This document shows, in pieces, positions 1 to 13,200 of a stretch of 64,000 bases of DNA. The stretch spans positions 19,654,001 to 19,718,000 of the forward strand of contig NC_135763.1 of assembly GCF_052425735.1 (NCBI RefSeq), given 5' to 3'. The translations under genes and the position numbers were made by a program. The notes under the pieces are model-generated. The model saw only the letters and a program-made list of their open reading frames with translations, searched no databases and had not been told where the DNA came from. How positions within the stretch are numbered: position 1 is the first letter of the stretch; each line of letters begins with the position of its first letter. Source of the stretch: Oculina patagonica. Taxonomy: Eukaryota.

Positions 1-2443
1 TTTGTATTTTTTCATAATTTCCTTGTAGCGTTCTTCTCAAGTCAGTCATGGGATATTAAATATGTTCACAGGCTGCTTGATAGGGAATAGGACAAAAAGA
101 ACAGAACAGCCCACTAGCGAAAAACCGCGAGCAAAGAGGCCCGAAAGAAGGGAGAAGGAGAGGGAGGGTTGAGAATAAATATCCTTCGGAACCCAGGGAC
201 AACTAAGTGGGATAATACTAAGTAAAATGAGCGAGAAAAAAAGCATTACGCTGATTTTTTTCCATTCGGATTTACTTCGTCTCGCCTTAGCCAGCGAACA
301 GGCTCCCTTCGCACCCAGACCGCACTTGACTCCCTCACCTCTCGATTTATTTATTTTTTGTAATTGTATGCCGCACAAGGAGCTTGTCCGCAGTTCAGCC
401 TCGCCCCGACTAGCTGCCTCAGAATCTCCGAGGATGGAGACTAAAAGGAGGGACTTAAGGATGGGGACCAATACGAGAGACCTCCCTTTCTCCTCACCAC
501 TCCTAGCTCGTCGGCCTTCCTCCTCTATCTATTCCCGGCCCGAGAGCCCGCTCACAAAGGATGGTGGTACTTTTGGTTCAACCTGACTTACATCAAGAAT
601 TTCTTGTGTGCACCCGAATAGAAAGAAAATAAAGCGCAATAAACAAAATGGCTGCCCCACTCCCCTCTGTCCCCCATCGGCATTTTTTTTGAGTTCACGG
701 TCTTGCAAAATAGGACACAAAATCGAAAAAACTTTATAGATCATCTAACCACGCAAATGTTGGATGGATAGTATGGATCCTGGGTGATGTTTTCAGTAAA
801 GCTCATAACATGACCTTTTTTATACCTCGCCTGGAGGTATATTTGCCCATTTATGCAAGCATTAGACCAGAAAAAGGCACATTAAAGTTTTTGGTGGATT
901 TTGGCGGGAAATCGAGTCACGCCCACGTCCTGCTATGCTTCTGAAACCTTAACTCCTCGCAAACGTGCCATGAAAATTGACACGAAGTATTTAATTTCAA
1001 GGTTAGATATTTATTCGACAGTTTATTGAGGAATTTATAAAGTCTGTTTTTCTTTCATGCGAGTGAAGTGACTCCATGAGGTTATGTACGGCCTTGCGGT
1101 TTCGATTCCACGTGGTAAGACAAAATGTCCACAAAATGTCCTATTCCATGTCCTTGTGATCTTATCTTAAGATCGTTTTCACCCCAGAGGCTGAGAAACT
1201 TTCAATTCACAGAAGAAATGTCGTTTGATGTGAACTCAGTGTGAAAAGAGGGAGCGGAGGGGGTTGGGGGCATTTCACGTACATATTTGAAAAAAAAAAA
1301 TGTATGACCGAGTTTCTGCTGGTGATATTTTGATCCATGTTTTCTTCGTGAAATTTTCAAGCGTGAAATGTTAAAAAACGTCAGGAAGCGCGGCGGAAAT
1401 TGAAACTCAGAAAAATATGGTTTCCAGCATTCTCGTACCTCGAGTTTTCGTCCCTTCGCGCAGGCTTGAAGAAACGAGCGACCGCTGACCGTTGGTCAAA
1501 GAGAACGAAGACCCTGGGAACGAGGATGGGTTTCCAGTTTCTCGTGATGGAAGGTTGCGCAGACTCAAGCAAAGCACACTCATTGTTTATAAGAATTCAT
1601 ATAATTATATTGAGGTAAACTGCCGTGAAATTTTCTACAATATATACAATATTAACCTGCAGTTCTGAGTGAATGTTACATGCGAATTCAGTTGCTCCGT
1701 AGTATGTTATAGACACGTCTACACAAGCAGCAGATCTATATATCTTGCTCACAAACTTGATTGACTTATTAAGTTATAACATATAGTTTGTTCCACATAT
1801 GAATACCAAGTATTCAACTAAGCTAACACTGTTTCTTCGCCACGGAGTACACTACTTCTGTGTCAACTGGTTGTATATTATAACTGTAAGACTAGACTCG
1901 ACTGTATAACGTAACTGAACTGATGGTCTAGTGTCGGGAATAAATATGGATTATATTCATGCATCACTATTCGAGTTGCATGCAGCGTGTTAACAAACAT
2001 TGCGATATTTCCTATTCCAAACAACCATCTTCACACAACACACAAAACTGACGCTGATCCACTTGCAAAACGAAACGTTTTTTCTTGGACTTACTTTATA
2101 TTCCATAACAATAATATTTTAACTGACTAACTTACATACTCCTAGAATAATTTAAATGACAGTTTTTTGTTTTTATTTCTACGATCAGAGCTAAAATTCT
2201 TTTGACACATGAAAAATGCCTTTCCACTAACGCTCTTATAATTTCGTTTCCATACTTGGTCTCCCACCCCACCCTTGCCCACTAAAAGAGAGGTTGTAAA
2301 AAGCATTTTGATCAGCAGAAGCGGCAAAGTGTCTCAAGACATATTACGTCCCTGATTCGAGTCAGAGTGTAATTAAGTTCACTACTGGGAGGGAACAACT
2401 TACACTTTTAGGCAAAATCAATTCAGGTTGGGGTTACCTGTAA

Positions 2444-2556
2444 GGGTGACCCTATTTGGCGGAGTGGCGGAATAACGGAATGGTAACTTTTCACCCCGGT
2501 TTCCTTGTGGTTAGCTTTTATTTGTTGGTTAGCTATTCCACCGAATAGGGTCACCC
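2444..2556. mobile_element. Small MITE downstream of the Wnt4 stop (probable 3' UTR)
   Basis: TIRs GGGTGACCCTATT(T/C)GG ... CCGAATAGGGTCACCC; flanks ACCTGTAA / ACCTGTAC (8 bp TSD, 1 mismatch, hAT-like). Confidence 0.7.
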
Positions 2557-2840
2557 ACCTGTACCGCATGTTTCTGCATCTCCCTCCATGAGTTTTTATG
2601 CCCTCAGTGCCAAAATTTTATTCTACACTATATATCGACTTTTATTTTGTTTTTTTTAACTAGGTGGATCGAACACAAAAACACTTGATCATCGAGTTAT
2701 TGCGAAGGAAGTGCAAATATAGGCGAGGGCGTTGGTAAGTTCAGAAAACCTGACTGACAGGAAAACTATTACTACATATGTTACAATGTGTTCATGTTTC
2801 TTGAAGACAAAAGTAGTTTTATCGAGTTTAAGACGGCGGC

Positions 2841-3308
2841 TCATTTGCAGATGCTAACCTCGACCCGCCTCTGGCACTCTCGACATCGTACATAACAGCA
2901 CCAGTAGAACTTGCATTCGCAACGCTCAACTCTGAGTTCCGTACGTGTGGTAAAGCCTCGATTGCAGCACATCAACTCACATCCATCTATAGCTTGAGAA
3001 GTGCGATTACAAAACCTTCCTTGGGTCCCCAGGGAGCCGGTACTGGCATTTGGTGTGCAGAAATCTGGTGAACGATCAATGTAGACGAGGTCCTCGATAG
3101 TGTGCGGCTTGTAGTTGTGATTTTGTGGAACCAGAACTCGTCTTGCTCCGATATACTTGACTTGCACCTCGGTGGCTCCGTCGAATTTTTCCTTGATGTG
3201 ATCTCCAACCAGTCTGAAGTTCGGTAGTGACCGCCAGCAGGTTTTCACGTTACATGACCCTGACACTCCGTGGCATTTACACTGGATTTTCATGAACTTT
3301 TTGACAGC
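2841..3308 (-). CDS. Wnt4: Wnt4 coding exon 4
   Basis: Acceptor AAACAG; encodes [19 protein letters not shown]...SICK*. Confidence 0.95.
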   Translation of the reverse strand, partial: AVKKFMKIQCKCHGVSGSCNVKTCWRSLPNFRLVGDHIKEKFDGATEVQVKYIGARRVLVPQNHNYKPHTIEDLVYIDRSPDFCTPNASTGSLGTQGRFCNRTSQAIDGCELMCCNRGFTTRTELRVERCECKFYWCCYVRCRECQRRVEVSICK

Positions 3309-6300
3309 CTGTTTATTAAAAAGTTACACAAATAAAGAAATAAAAAATAATAATAAGTAAGTAAGAAATAAAAAAACACAAATAATAAACTAATAAATAA
3401 ATAAATAAATAAATAAATGAATTACTTAGTTTGTTGTTTTGTTCATATTTAACAAATCGTAAACAAAACAACTTGCTTTGGTAAATCTGTTACAATTAAA
3501 GAAAAAAATATTCTCAGTGTAACGAAGCTACTGTAATGTGTGTTTTAGTGTGGTACATTTGTACTTATGAAAAAATAATTAAAACTGACTGACTGACTGA
3601 CTGACTGCTGACCGACTGCTGACCGACTGACTGCCTGACTGACTGACTGACCGACCGACCGACCGACTGACTGACTGACTGACTGACTGACTGACCGACT
3701 GCGACTGACTGACCTGACTGACTGACTGACCGACCAACCGACCGACCGACCGATCGACCGACCGACCGACTGACTGACTGACTGACTGACTGACTGACTG
3801 ACTGACTGACTGACTGACTGACTGACCGACTCAGCTACTCAATCACAAACTTCAGCTTAATGCATATTTTAGGTTTCAACTTTTGGCATTGCGCATTGAT
3901 ACAATTCAAAGTTATTTACTGCTCATTTCTGGCAATTACAACTCACCATTCTCCCTGCGTCATTGTTGTGTAAATTCATCAGCACACGAGCAGGATTCTC
4001 CCCTTTTCGTCCCCGTTCCCTTGCGTCCACGAATTTCTTGGAAAACTCGATCCCATATTCGATATCGTCACTGCACCCCGCCCACTTCCATCCCTCATCA
4101 GACATTCCAATGTACTTTTGGTCACAGCCACATTTTCGTCCCAGTTTTCCCTCACTGCATGAGCGCGTTACAGCATAGGCTACACCAGCGGATGAAATGG
4201 AATGCACAAAAGCAGTTTCCCTGGTTCCTACAAAGAAACGACAAATAAATTTGAATCATTTGACGACCAAGAGTTATCAATGATAGAATGTGTGTTCTAA
4301 AGAAAATTGCAGTGTAGTCTTTACAGATTGATCTAAATACATAGCTTATTAATTTATTAACAATTGGGTCACTTTGTGAGTCTTGATCTGTTGAGTTATA
4401 TATAAAACATATAACCAAAGTGGACAATTAGAATAATAATAGTTTACGGTTTAGACTTCAAAGCCAAGAAATCAGGAGGTAAGTTTTCAAGAGACAAGGT
4501 CTAACTAACCAGATCAGGCTTTTTGAAGTGGGGTGGGGGATACGTTAGACTGGAAACAAATCATAAAATACAGGAAGCATCAGCATATCCCCTTGCCTCT
4601 GAGAGTACAATCAATCTGTGATAATTATTAAGCCGAACTCGTGCTTCGAGAACGGGACGAAAGAATAAAAGCTTGAAATGTTTCTCACCTCCGTTGGCAG
4701 AATTTCCAAAGACAGGCGATTTCTCAAACTGTACTGTAGTACAATTCCATCTGCGGTAACGAAACTGATGTTGACATTCCTGCACTGCGATGGTAGCTCC
4801 AAACTTAACACTGTTCATGACGTCGATGTACCTCTTACACACTTGAACCTGCCTGTTGTTAAGATGATCACCGACTTCATCACAGCTTCGTCTGCTGATG
4901 AAGCTGTTTACAGAGCCGGTGAGTGCTAGAGATCTGTGAATAATAACAAATAGATGTATCACCAAATCTTCTGATCATACTCACTCACTCTATTCTCTTC
5001 GTGCCCTTGGGTACATAAATTAAACGCCATTTGATCCAGTAGAGCGCTTGTAGATGTAAATGATTGATTATGGTGGTTATGCTCTAGGCTAAAAGCTACT
5101 TTTCGAGTATGCCACTTAAACAGAGGAAACATGATTAAAAAAAGGTTTAGTAAAATTATTATGTTTCGTGTTATACACAGTTAAAGCGATGAGGACAATG
5201 TCATCAAAACTAATCAGGATCTGATGATGCAGTGTTTTTGGTCGCTTTAAGACGTGCGTTGTCTTTTAAAACAACCATATCCAAGGTTTCTTTCTAAAGC
5301 TTTCTTGATACTTCTTAGGGGGGACGAGAATTGCTGTGGAGGAGGGCATTTTCATAGCAGTTTTCGTTATTAAGACTCAATAAGAAATAAATCTCTTGAT
5401 ATGATTTCCTATGTTTTCATACACTCTTTTTATTTTATAAGAATCTATTTTATAAGAATATCGAGGCTGAAATTTGCGAATTTTTAAGAATATTTAGGAA
5501 TATACCCGAGGCTGAATTTTGAAAAGAATATAGATTTTTAGTTGAAACAAAATCAGGTATTTTCAGTTCCGTCACTTTAATGGAATGCTTTGTTTAAAGC
5601 CAAAACGGCCAGTCTGCAACGAAAAGCAATCTTATTTTTCTGCCGATTTTAGGCTGAAAATATTTTTATGAACATTCTTAGAAAATACCGTTTGACATTT
5701 CCGTTTTAGCAAGTATTGGGTAAGATCTGTATCGCGGTGCTACATCGTGCACATGTACCATAAGATATTCAGCCTGGGTCGGAAAAACTGTATTCTTATT
5801 AAAAAAAAGAGTGTATTCATGGTTACGGTTTTAAACCAATCAAAGCGCGCACGTATTTCGTTGTTGCTTTTTGTTTTTCATTTATTTCTTCCAGTTATTG
5901 ATTATGTTTTCTAGTGGCAGGTAGAGTGAGCACTGAACTGAAAAACTGCGTCGGCTAAATCCTTGACCAGTGTTCTCTCATTAGCTAAATTAAGTGTGTA
6001 GATCTGACTCTTGACAATGTTTTTTGAAACTGATCTCAAAGTTTCCTCATAATTTTGTGACGCGACTTCTTATACGAAAAAATCATGCCTAAATCTCCCA
6101 AGAGTTTGAAAAATAATTACAAATTAAATTCTTTTCTAAAATTCAAATTGCCTGATAGCTGAGATTAGATGGGTTAGCAAAACTTTTTTGGTGAAATCAG
6201 CTCTTAAATAAAAACAAACAAAAAATGACAAATGTGTTTTTAGCGTGTTGGAGAATGTTCATGCGCTGGTTTATTTGATTTATTTTAAACAATAATTGGA

Positions 6301-7226
6301 AATGCTTCGGATATCTGTACTGTAATTTACGCTACCAGTACATTTCACGACTAAAAGGCAGACATTTTGAGAACATCTTATGATCTTCCAAAACACGTCT
6401 CAATTAATTGTCAATGAATTTCTTTTGTTGTCGACGTCTAGATAAACTATTCCAAAGTTTTGCTGTTCTCATCCGATACTTTTTATTTTCAAAGCGTTCG
6501 TCATTTCATCGATATTTTAGAGAAAATTCGTCAAAATTATTTTATTTTATTTTCGGCCAACTGATCTAAGATTTTTGCTGAGCCAATCGTTCGTTGCAAA
6601 GGTCTTGTCCAGGCACGAAGCCATGAACACAAATTAATTAGCCGACGAAAGCTCCAGACGAAAAATAATCAACACGATCTATCAAAACAAAGTAATGTTT
6701 AATGAATGGGTTATTTGGGAGCTTTTATTGTAAAACGTCGCTTAATTTCGAAGATGGCACTTATAGTTCCCTGGATTACATGATACTACTATAAACAATA
6801 TACAGCTGTAGTTGTTTGGGGTCAATCCAAACTTTTAAAATATGCCGGGTACTTGTGTTTTCTACTGCGTTAAAGACTTTATAGGAAATGATGTCTCGCT
6901 ATGCTTCTGGTGTCAGAACAATACATGCCAAGGAAAAGTATTTGGGCGCATATAATTCTTGAAACTTTAATGCGCAAATCATTCAAAACTTAAGCTGTGT
7001 TAAGACTAAGAATACAGGCATGTAATGATTATGCATAATACTTTTGCCGACGGTAGAAAACCAGAAATCATAACACAACAAACACTGGAAGCTCGTGAGG
7101 AACGTTTTCAAGCAAAAATGAATGGGTTGCTACTTACAGCCATTGGCTTGATGTGACAGGGGAGATGAAGAGAAATTCCAGCGCCACCATAAACTGGAAA
7201 AGCGGTACCGCCTTGAAAAGAGCCAT
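2841..7226 (-). CDS. Wnt4: Wnt4 ligand, 4 coding exons: join(7138..7226, 4689..4933, 3947..4227, 2841..3308), 360 aa
   Basis: All introns GT-AG with consistent phases (2,1,0); 1083 nt open frame. Signal peptide [10 protein letters not shown]...SQWL; Wnt motifs [58 protein letters not shown]-terminal [19 protein letters not shown] matches the Wnt4 subfamily as recalled. Confidence 0.93.
3325..3420. repeat. (AAAT)n-rich microsatellite in Wnt4 intron
   Basis: Direct reading of AATAAATAAATA runs. Confidence 0.85.
3584..3831. repeat. Compound (GACT)n/(GACC)n microsatellite in Wnt4 intron
   Basis: About 250 bp of interleaved GACT and GACC tetramers. Confidence 0.97.
3947..4227 (-). CDS. Wnt4: Wnt4 coding exon 3
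   Basis: Acceptor TTTGTAG, donor ATG|GTGAGT; encodes TRETAF...NNDAGRM. Confidence 0.93.
4689..4933 (-). CDS. Wnt4: Wnt4 coding exon 2
   Basis: Acceptor TTCACAG, donor G|GTGAGA; encodes SLALTG...RRWNCTT...NSANG. Confidence 0.93.
5422..5813. mobile_element. Tc1/mariner-type MITE in Wnt4 intron
   Basis: TA|CACTCTTTTT..TAAGAAT ... ATTCTTA..AAAAAGAGTG|TA terminal inverted repeats with TA flanks. Confidence 0.75.
7138..7226 (-). CDS. Wnt4: Wnt4 coding exon 1 (signal peptide)
   Basis: ATG at 7226-7224; donor CT|GTAAGT at 7137. Confidence 0.88.
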
Positions 7227-10200
7227 GATAGTTGCTGTGCGAGCGGTGTCTTTATCTGGCAGAGTAAAAGAATAACGGTTTATGATGAGAATTTGTAGAA
7301 CAAAAGAAAAATCTGGCCTCCTTATAAAATCCCCTAGGCGGGTCTTGCTCAAAGTGTTGCCGCCTTATAACACCTGATAATGTAGACAAAGTGAGGTGCA
7401 GAAATGACGGCACTTTTACTCAATGAATTTCTGTTATTGGGAGGAACACACCTTAATTAAAACGAAACCTTTTAAAGCGACAAGGCGATGCAGTTAGAAC
7501 GTGTCTGGAACAAATGGCGATTCGTTTTGAAAGTGTTATCTGTGAAATGAAAGCGAAGGAACGACTAAGAATTAACTGAAGAATAACAAGAACTATAACA
7601 ACAACTTCACGTCCAGCGCAAGGTTTATAGTTAATTACAGGTTTGTCACTTCGTTGCCGTATTACATTAACAATATCTTCTTTGTTTTCACGGACAATAA
7701 AAAGTTGTCAAGTCATGACAAAAATATATGATAATTATCTCATGCTGAACGGGAAAATACGGACTGTTTCGACTTAACACAGTGTGTAAACTGTGAAAAT
7801 GGCACTCCTGCAACTTTCGGATAAGTTTGCATATTCGAAATCGCATTTGCACGATATCTACGAGTTATTTACTCGTGCAAATAAGTTATTGATCCAAATT
7901 GTTTATGAAGTGGCTAGACTCCTTTCAATAGAGATTAAGCCGATAATAAGTGATTGCGCGCTTTGTCGGCTTATCTTGCGTGTTTGACAGCGCTGATCAC
8001 GAGCGAATATAAATCTAAAAGAAAAGAGTTAACTTGCTTTAAAGTGAAAACATGAGTGTTTTTAACAGGTGCAAAAAAACAGTGAAAAATCTCACAGGAT
8101 TTAGTTTTTAGCGATCTCTTACAAAAGAAGAGAAGTAGAAACCATCCCTCGCTTATCCTGTTTCAAACGCAGTTTTAGGATAAATGTACTTGCACGATTT
8201 CTTTTACGAATATCGACAGAATTTTCTTTCACTTTGTGTGTTTTTTATGAAATTTTGTTTTAAGATGGAATATTTGTTTTCCAGTACTTAGACTAGCGAA
8301 ACCGTATTTCGTTTACTTTTGTTGTTCCTGTGTAGATGTATTTTCGCGAATGGAGACGAATAATCTTCCAATCCTCTTGCAATAAGAAGTTTTGTGGGAC
8401 AAATTATGTAGTTAAAATCGATCATTACTTGCTTCTTTACTCAGAGAGCTAACTGTGCATAAAAAGTTAGAGAAAGTAGGTTTGTCGTAAATACAGATTT
8501 TGCCTCCTACCTTTTTGCAAAGCTGATTACTTTCAAATCAAGGGTAGTTCCAATTGTAACTTGATTCACTCTTTATGTACTTTGCCTCTGTGGTTTGGCT
8601 CGCGCGGGTTTTATTAAGTTGTTTTCGGCTCGATTTCATTGTAAGTCCGTACCAGTTCATTACAACGCCTTCGCGTCCCATGGGACATCACACCCAGACA
8701 AACCCACACAAATCATTCTTATAAAAAGCAATGATGAGAACGTGGATCTATTTCGATTTTTATGAGAAGAAAAAAACGTTGATGCAGAGTTAGTCTCCGC
8801 ACCTTTGCAGTTGCTTGTAGACCTGCTGTGTCATAATCTTGATATTTGACTTATCATCAACGAAAGAAGGGTTTTATGGAATGTTCGTGTTTGTAAACAA
8901 CAATACGGTCTTAAGTGACATAATTAATACGAACTCACGGTGCGCATTATGTAAATAAACAATTAACACACCGGAAAAGATGAGAAACTTGAATGCAATT
9001 TCATTTTTATAGCGGTTTTTTAAGACTTCCGTATTTTCTCGTAGCTCGTCTTAACAAGCGCATTCCATTTCGGCAAATCCGCCCTGAGAAATAATTTTCA
9101 TAAGTTCTTAATTCTTGCGGTTACTTAGAGTAAGTCCGGAGCACGTTTTATTTGAACACAACAAGAAGTATGTTAAACATCTTGTGAAACGATTTTCAAC
9201 AAAATCAAACTATGCCAAACATTCTCCTTAAGCCTTCCGATATAAATTGTTTAATTAAAAAGATATCCGAATAAACATGAACAATAGACGTCTAATAAAA
9301 AAGCGGTTATTGGAAAATGTTTGTATATTGCTCGGGACCGATGTTCAAGCGAAAATTCACGTCTCGTATTTCGGTATTTCTGTAAACAAACAAAACCTAT
9401 ATAATCCAGCTACTTACCTATAAAATCATGTTCTTGAAGACTTCTATACCAGTACAAAAAAAAATAACTTATTTTCGCGGGCTGTCAGGCAGGACAATAA
9501 AGGCGCGAGTTTTGCAACTTACGTCATACTCAATGCGACCATCTTATTGGCTTTCACCGGCCTACGCAAATCGACAGGCTTTTTACGCGCGAAAAAATGG
9601 CGACTTTTGTTTAGTAAAACAAGCGAGAATCGCAGGAGAATTTTAAACAAACGCTTCTGAAGAAAACATTTCTTGATATATACATGCGCAGAAAATATGA
9701 AAGAAAGAAAAATCAGTAAGCTTCGTCATTTACAGTAAAGTAACTATAGTTAGGTACGGCGCTTTTATAAATAAGTTTAAAACGAAAGATTAGTGAACCT
9801 CCGGCACAAACTGTACTTGCATTTATCGTAATAGAACTGTGGAGACCTGTTGCCACTGACATACAATCTCATTTTCAGTGGCTCAGTCATTGTACTGAAT
9901 CTTTCCAATCGTTAATCTTCTGTTGAAGTACTTCATAAAGTGTTAAGGAAATTTGCATTAGTGATGGACTGAGCCGAAAATATTTTTGACAGCGTCATTG
10001 GTAAGGCTTTCATCTGAAAAGGGAAAGCAACACAAAGAAATGTGTTCTCGTACGTTAAGTCAGGCGAAGCACTATAAGCCGATAACGTAGGTAATTGCAT
10101 AGTCGGAGGGGAATTAAACTGTGACTTGTCTAGTTACTAAGTTGACCCTTGACCCTTTCAGCAAAAGCAAAGATCGACATCAGAAAATCTGCCCAACATG

Positions 10201-13200
10201 AAGACAGGCAGGGAGGGCAGAAGAATTATTGGGAAAGAGGTTATGAGAGAACGCTAGAAATTTCAATCTAAATTTCTTTGTGTCCTTAACAGAACATCAC
10301 GATACGTCAGAAAAGAATAAAGGAAATGCCCACGAACTGCACGAATTCACGTGTTTAGCACAGAGAAGACTGGGGCGCAGTTTCCGACCGACATTACGTA
10401 AGCATTTATTACCTTATAATGACGTACAATTACGAGTACACCCACAGGGGAAGGGACGGGCATCCACAGGGGAAGGGATGAGCTTTGTAAAAATGCGCGG
10501 GCGCGAATGGGATAGGAAAACGATAAATTGCTGATAAACGGCAAGATTAACACTCTGTTATTCCGAACAAAGGAAAAGAACAAATTGTTGATAATGAGCG
10601 AGATAAACGATTTGTTATTTTCATATTAAAATTAAAAAGGAAATTAAAAAATAGTCATTATTCTCTTACACGTACACAGAAAGAGCGGAAACCTGGATGA
10701 GGAATGTTGATCAATCAGTGCTATAAATGTTCTTTGAAGTCAGCAAAACCGGCAGTTTTAAAATGTGGCAAATTGATTAAATACTCATCAAATCCGTAAA
10801 TAGGAACACTCGTTTTAGCAAATTATTTCCTGTTTGCGCTATCGAAGTTATTTCAAGTCTAAACGTTTTTATAGTCATTTCTTTGCGCGTTAGCAAACTT
10901 ATCTGCAGGAAGACTGCGTTAGTCGCGGTTAGTCGTGACGTCTTTTGATCGATTGCGTGCATTTTCCCACATCGGCGTTTCCTCGTTTTAAAGTGATTTT
11001 TCCTATTTTACCAAAACGTTTGTAACCACAATCATCTGTTTCCATTTAGAGTAAACTGGCGTATAAAAATTGACCACGTTGCTAAAGATTCAAGCTTTCT
11101 GGAAAAGAAAATTATCGGCATGGTGGTTACTGATAACATCATCTCTTGAAAAGTCCACACAAATTAGAAAAAAACGCGCCAATGGCCTCTACTCGCGGTC
11201 AGCGTACACACCTAATTCGAGTTTCCCTTATGCCCAAAAGCCATGGTAATGAAAGAGCAATCCGTAGGCATGCGCAGTTAGCTGCGATCAATATTTTGTT
11301 GTCAAAGATTTGCTCTGCTGCTTTTCGGTTCAGTCAGCTTTTTTCTGCGTGTTCTGTTATCATTTTTGAGGATGAAAACAGATTTTAACGTTCGTATTGA
11401 ATTTTTTTTTGTCCAAAACCCGATCTCAGTGCCTGCTAATGAGATTTGGTGCTCTTTGACACTTAAGAAGTCCATTATCATGTAGTTTGATAGTGTTACC
11501 GTCGATGGAATGTTCCACATGGGAGACAATGGTTTGTCAGCGATATGAATGAACATTTCAAGCCAAAACAGTACTCTTCAAGAATTTTCTCTCAATAGAT
11601 GACTTGGAGTATGATTGAGAGTAAGTTCCCGAAATAATTTATTTGGAGTCTTGTTCAGATGTCCGACAATTGTCGGATTTAAGAACCTAAGCAACTGCAA
11701 AGAATGCAAAACGATATTTTCAGTAAATTGGGGTTAATGCTCTGCATTTAAAAGTCGATTTGAAGGATCGCCGATCTTTGCTCCCTTTTTTTTCTGCAAA
11801 GCAAATACTATGCCAAGTCGATAAATTGCGGTTGTACAATGCTGTCCCACAACTCACACGAAGAATTAGACCCCAAGCTGGCACGAAGAGCATTGCTTTG
11901 ATGGCCGTAAGCATGTGCTTTTTGAACTGTCGGTTGGTGGAAAATACGTAGTATCAAGGGGAGAAAATCGAAATTTTAATATCGACCGATTGGTGAGCCT
12001 CTGAAACGACCCAGGTGGCATCTTAGAGGTCTATTACGTATGCGTGAAGACTTAAACCGTGAAATTAAGTATCTGTTGCAAGTTAATTGAATTTTTTCCA
12101 GCGGATATCGGATAGCCAGCTTTTAATCGTTGGGAAAATGCAACAAAATAGTCTCGAATTAGGAGAATTACAGACAGTTAATTACTGTAAATGATTCTTT
12201 GTAAAACCCCTTTCACTCTCATTTTTGTGACGTATTACTAATCAACGGCTGTTATTTGTAATTAGCAATTTGTGACGGCAAATTCTTTTACGATAAAAGA
12301 TTTCATCAGAAATATCTACAGCAAAGTCAATCTTTTGTAGAGTTAAGTATTCATCGTGTTTGTATTGGTTTCATTCAAAACAAGATATTTCCTGCTAAAG
12401 TTTTGTATAAGTTTTCTTTTTTCTTTCTTTCATCTACAAAGTACTAGAGTCAAGGAGAGCAACTTTTAGAGATGTCCATTGTTTAGAAGACGGTTTAAGC
12501 ACGATTGTTATTGAGATTGTTAAGAGCTTAATAAACCTGGAGTGCTTTAGTTCAGGTCTGGGTAACTCCAGGTTAAACAAAAGCTTACCTTATCTTATAA
12601 GAACAGCGAGGATTTCCTAGCCAGCCACGTGCTTCGGAAAAAGGCTTTAAGCGCTTTTGTGATCAAGAGTGATCGGAGCTCTTTAGCTGCAGCTCTTCAC
12701 ATACAAGTGGTGTCAAAATGGATAGTGCGGATCGTTTTAAGATACGATCAAGGATATCTGAAACGCTTAAACATTACAGCAAACTATTCAGAGCGCCACG
12801 GATTAACTAACAATGAATTTCCTGTTTGTTCCAGAGAAATCAACACCCATAAAAGAAAACCGACAGATAAGAGCCCATGAAATGCAGGAGACGACCTTTT
12901 TATTAATTCCTGTGCGCATGTACATAGTCTTGAAAAAGGAAAAAGATACTGCACTTTACAAAAGTTCAAAGCGGCAAACCGGCCAACAACGACTGAACAA
13001 CTAGTCTAAAGCAAAAACTGATGATACGTTTTTATTTTCCGCAGAGAAACTGCCGGCATACATGTTTAAGAAGTAAATAAAGAGATTGTAATTAAGCACA
13101 TTATGTAACGAAACGTATATTTTAGTCAATAAATATTTGCTTTGGCAAAACATAGTTATGTAATGTTATATTGACGATAAGCCAAAAACAATACAGAAAG

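Noticed and set aside
46-744. Overlapping ORFs of 141, 119 and 71 aa
   Set aside because: No recognisable domain or splice structure; expected from higher GC content.
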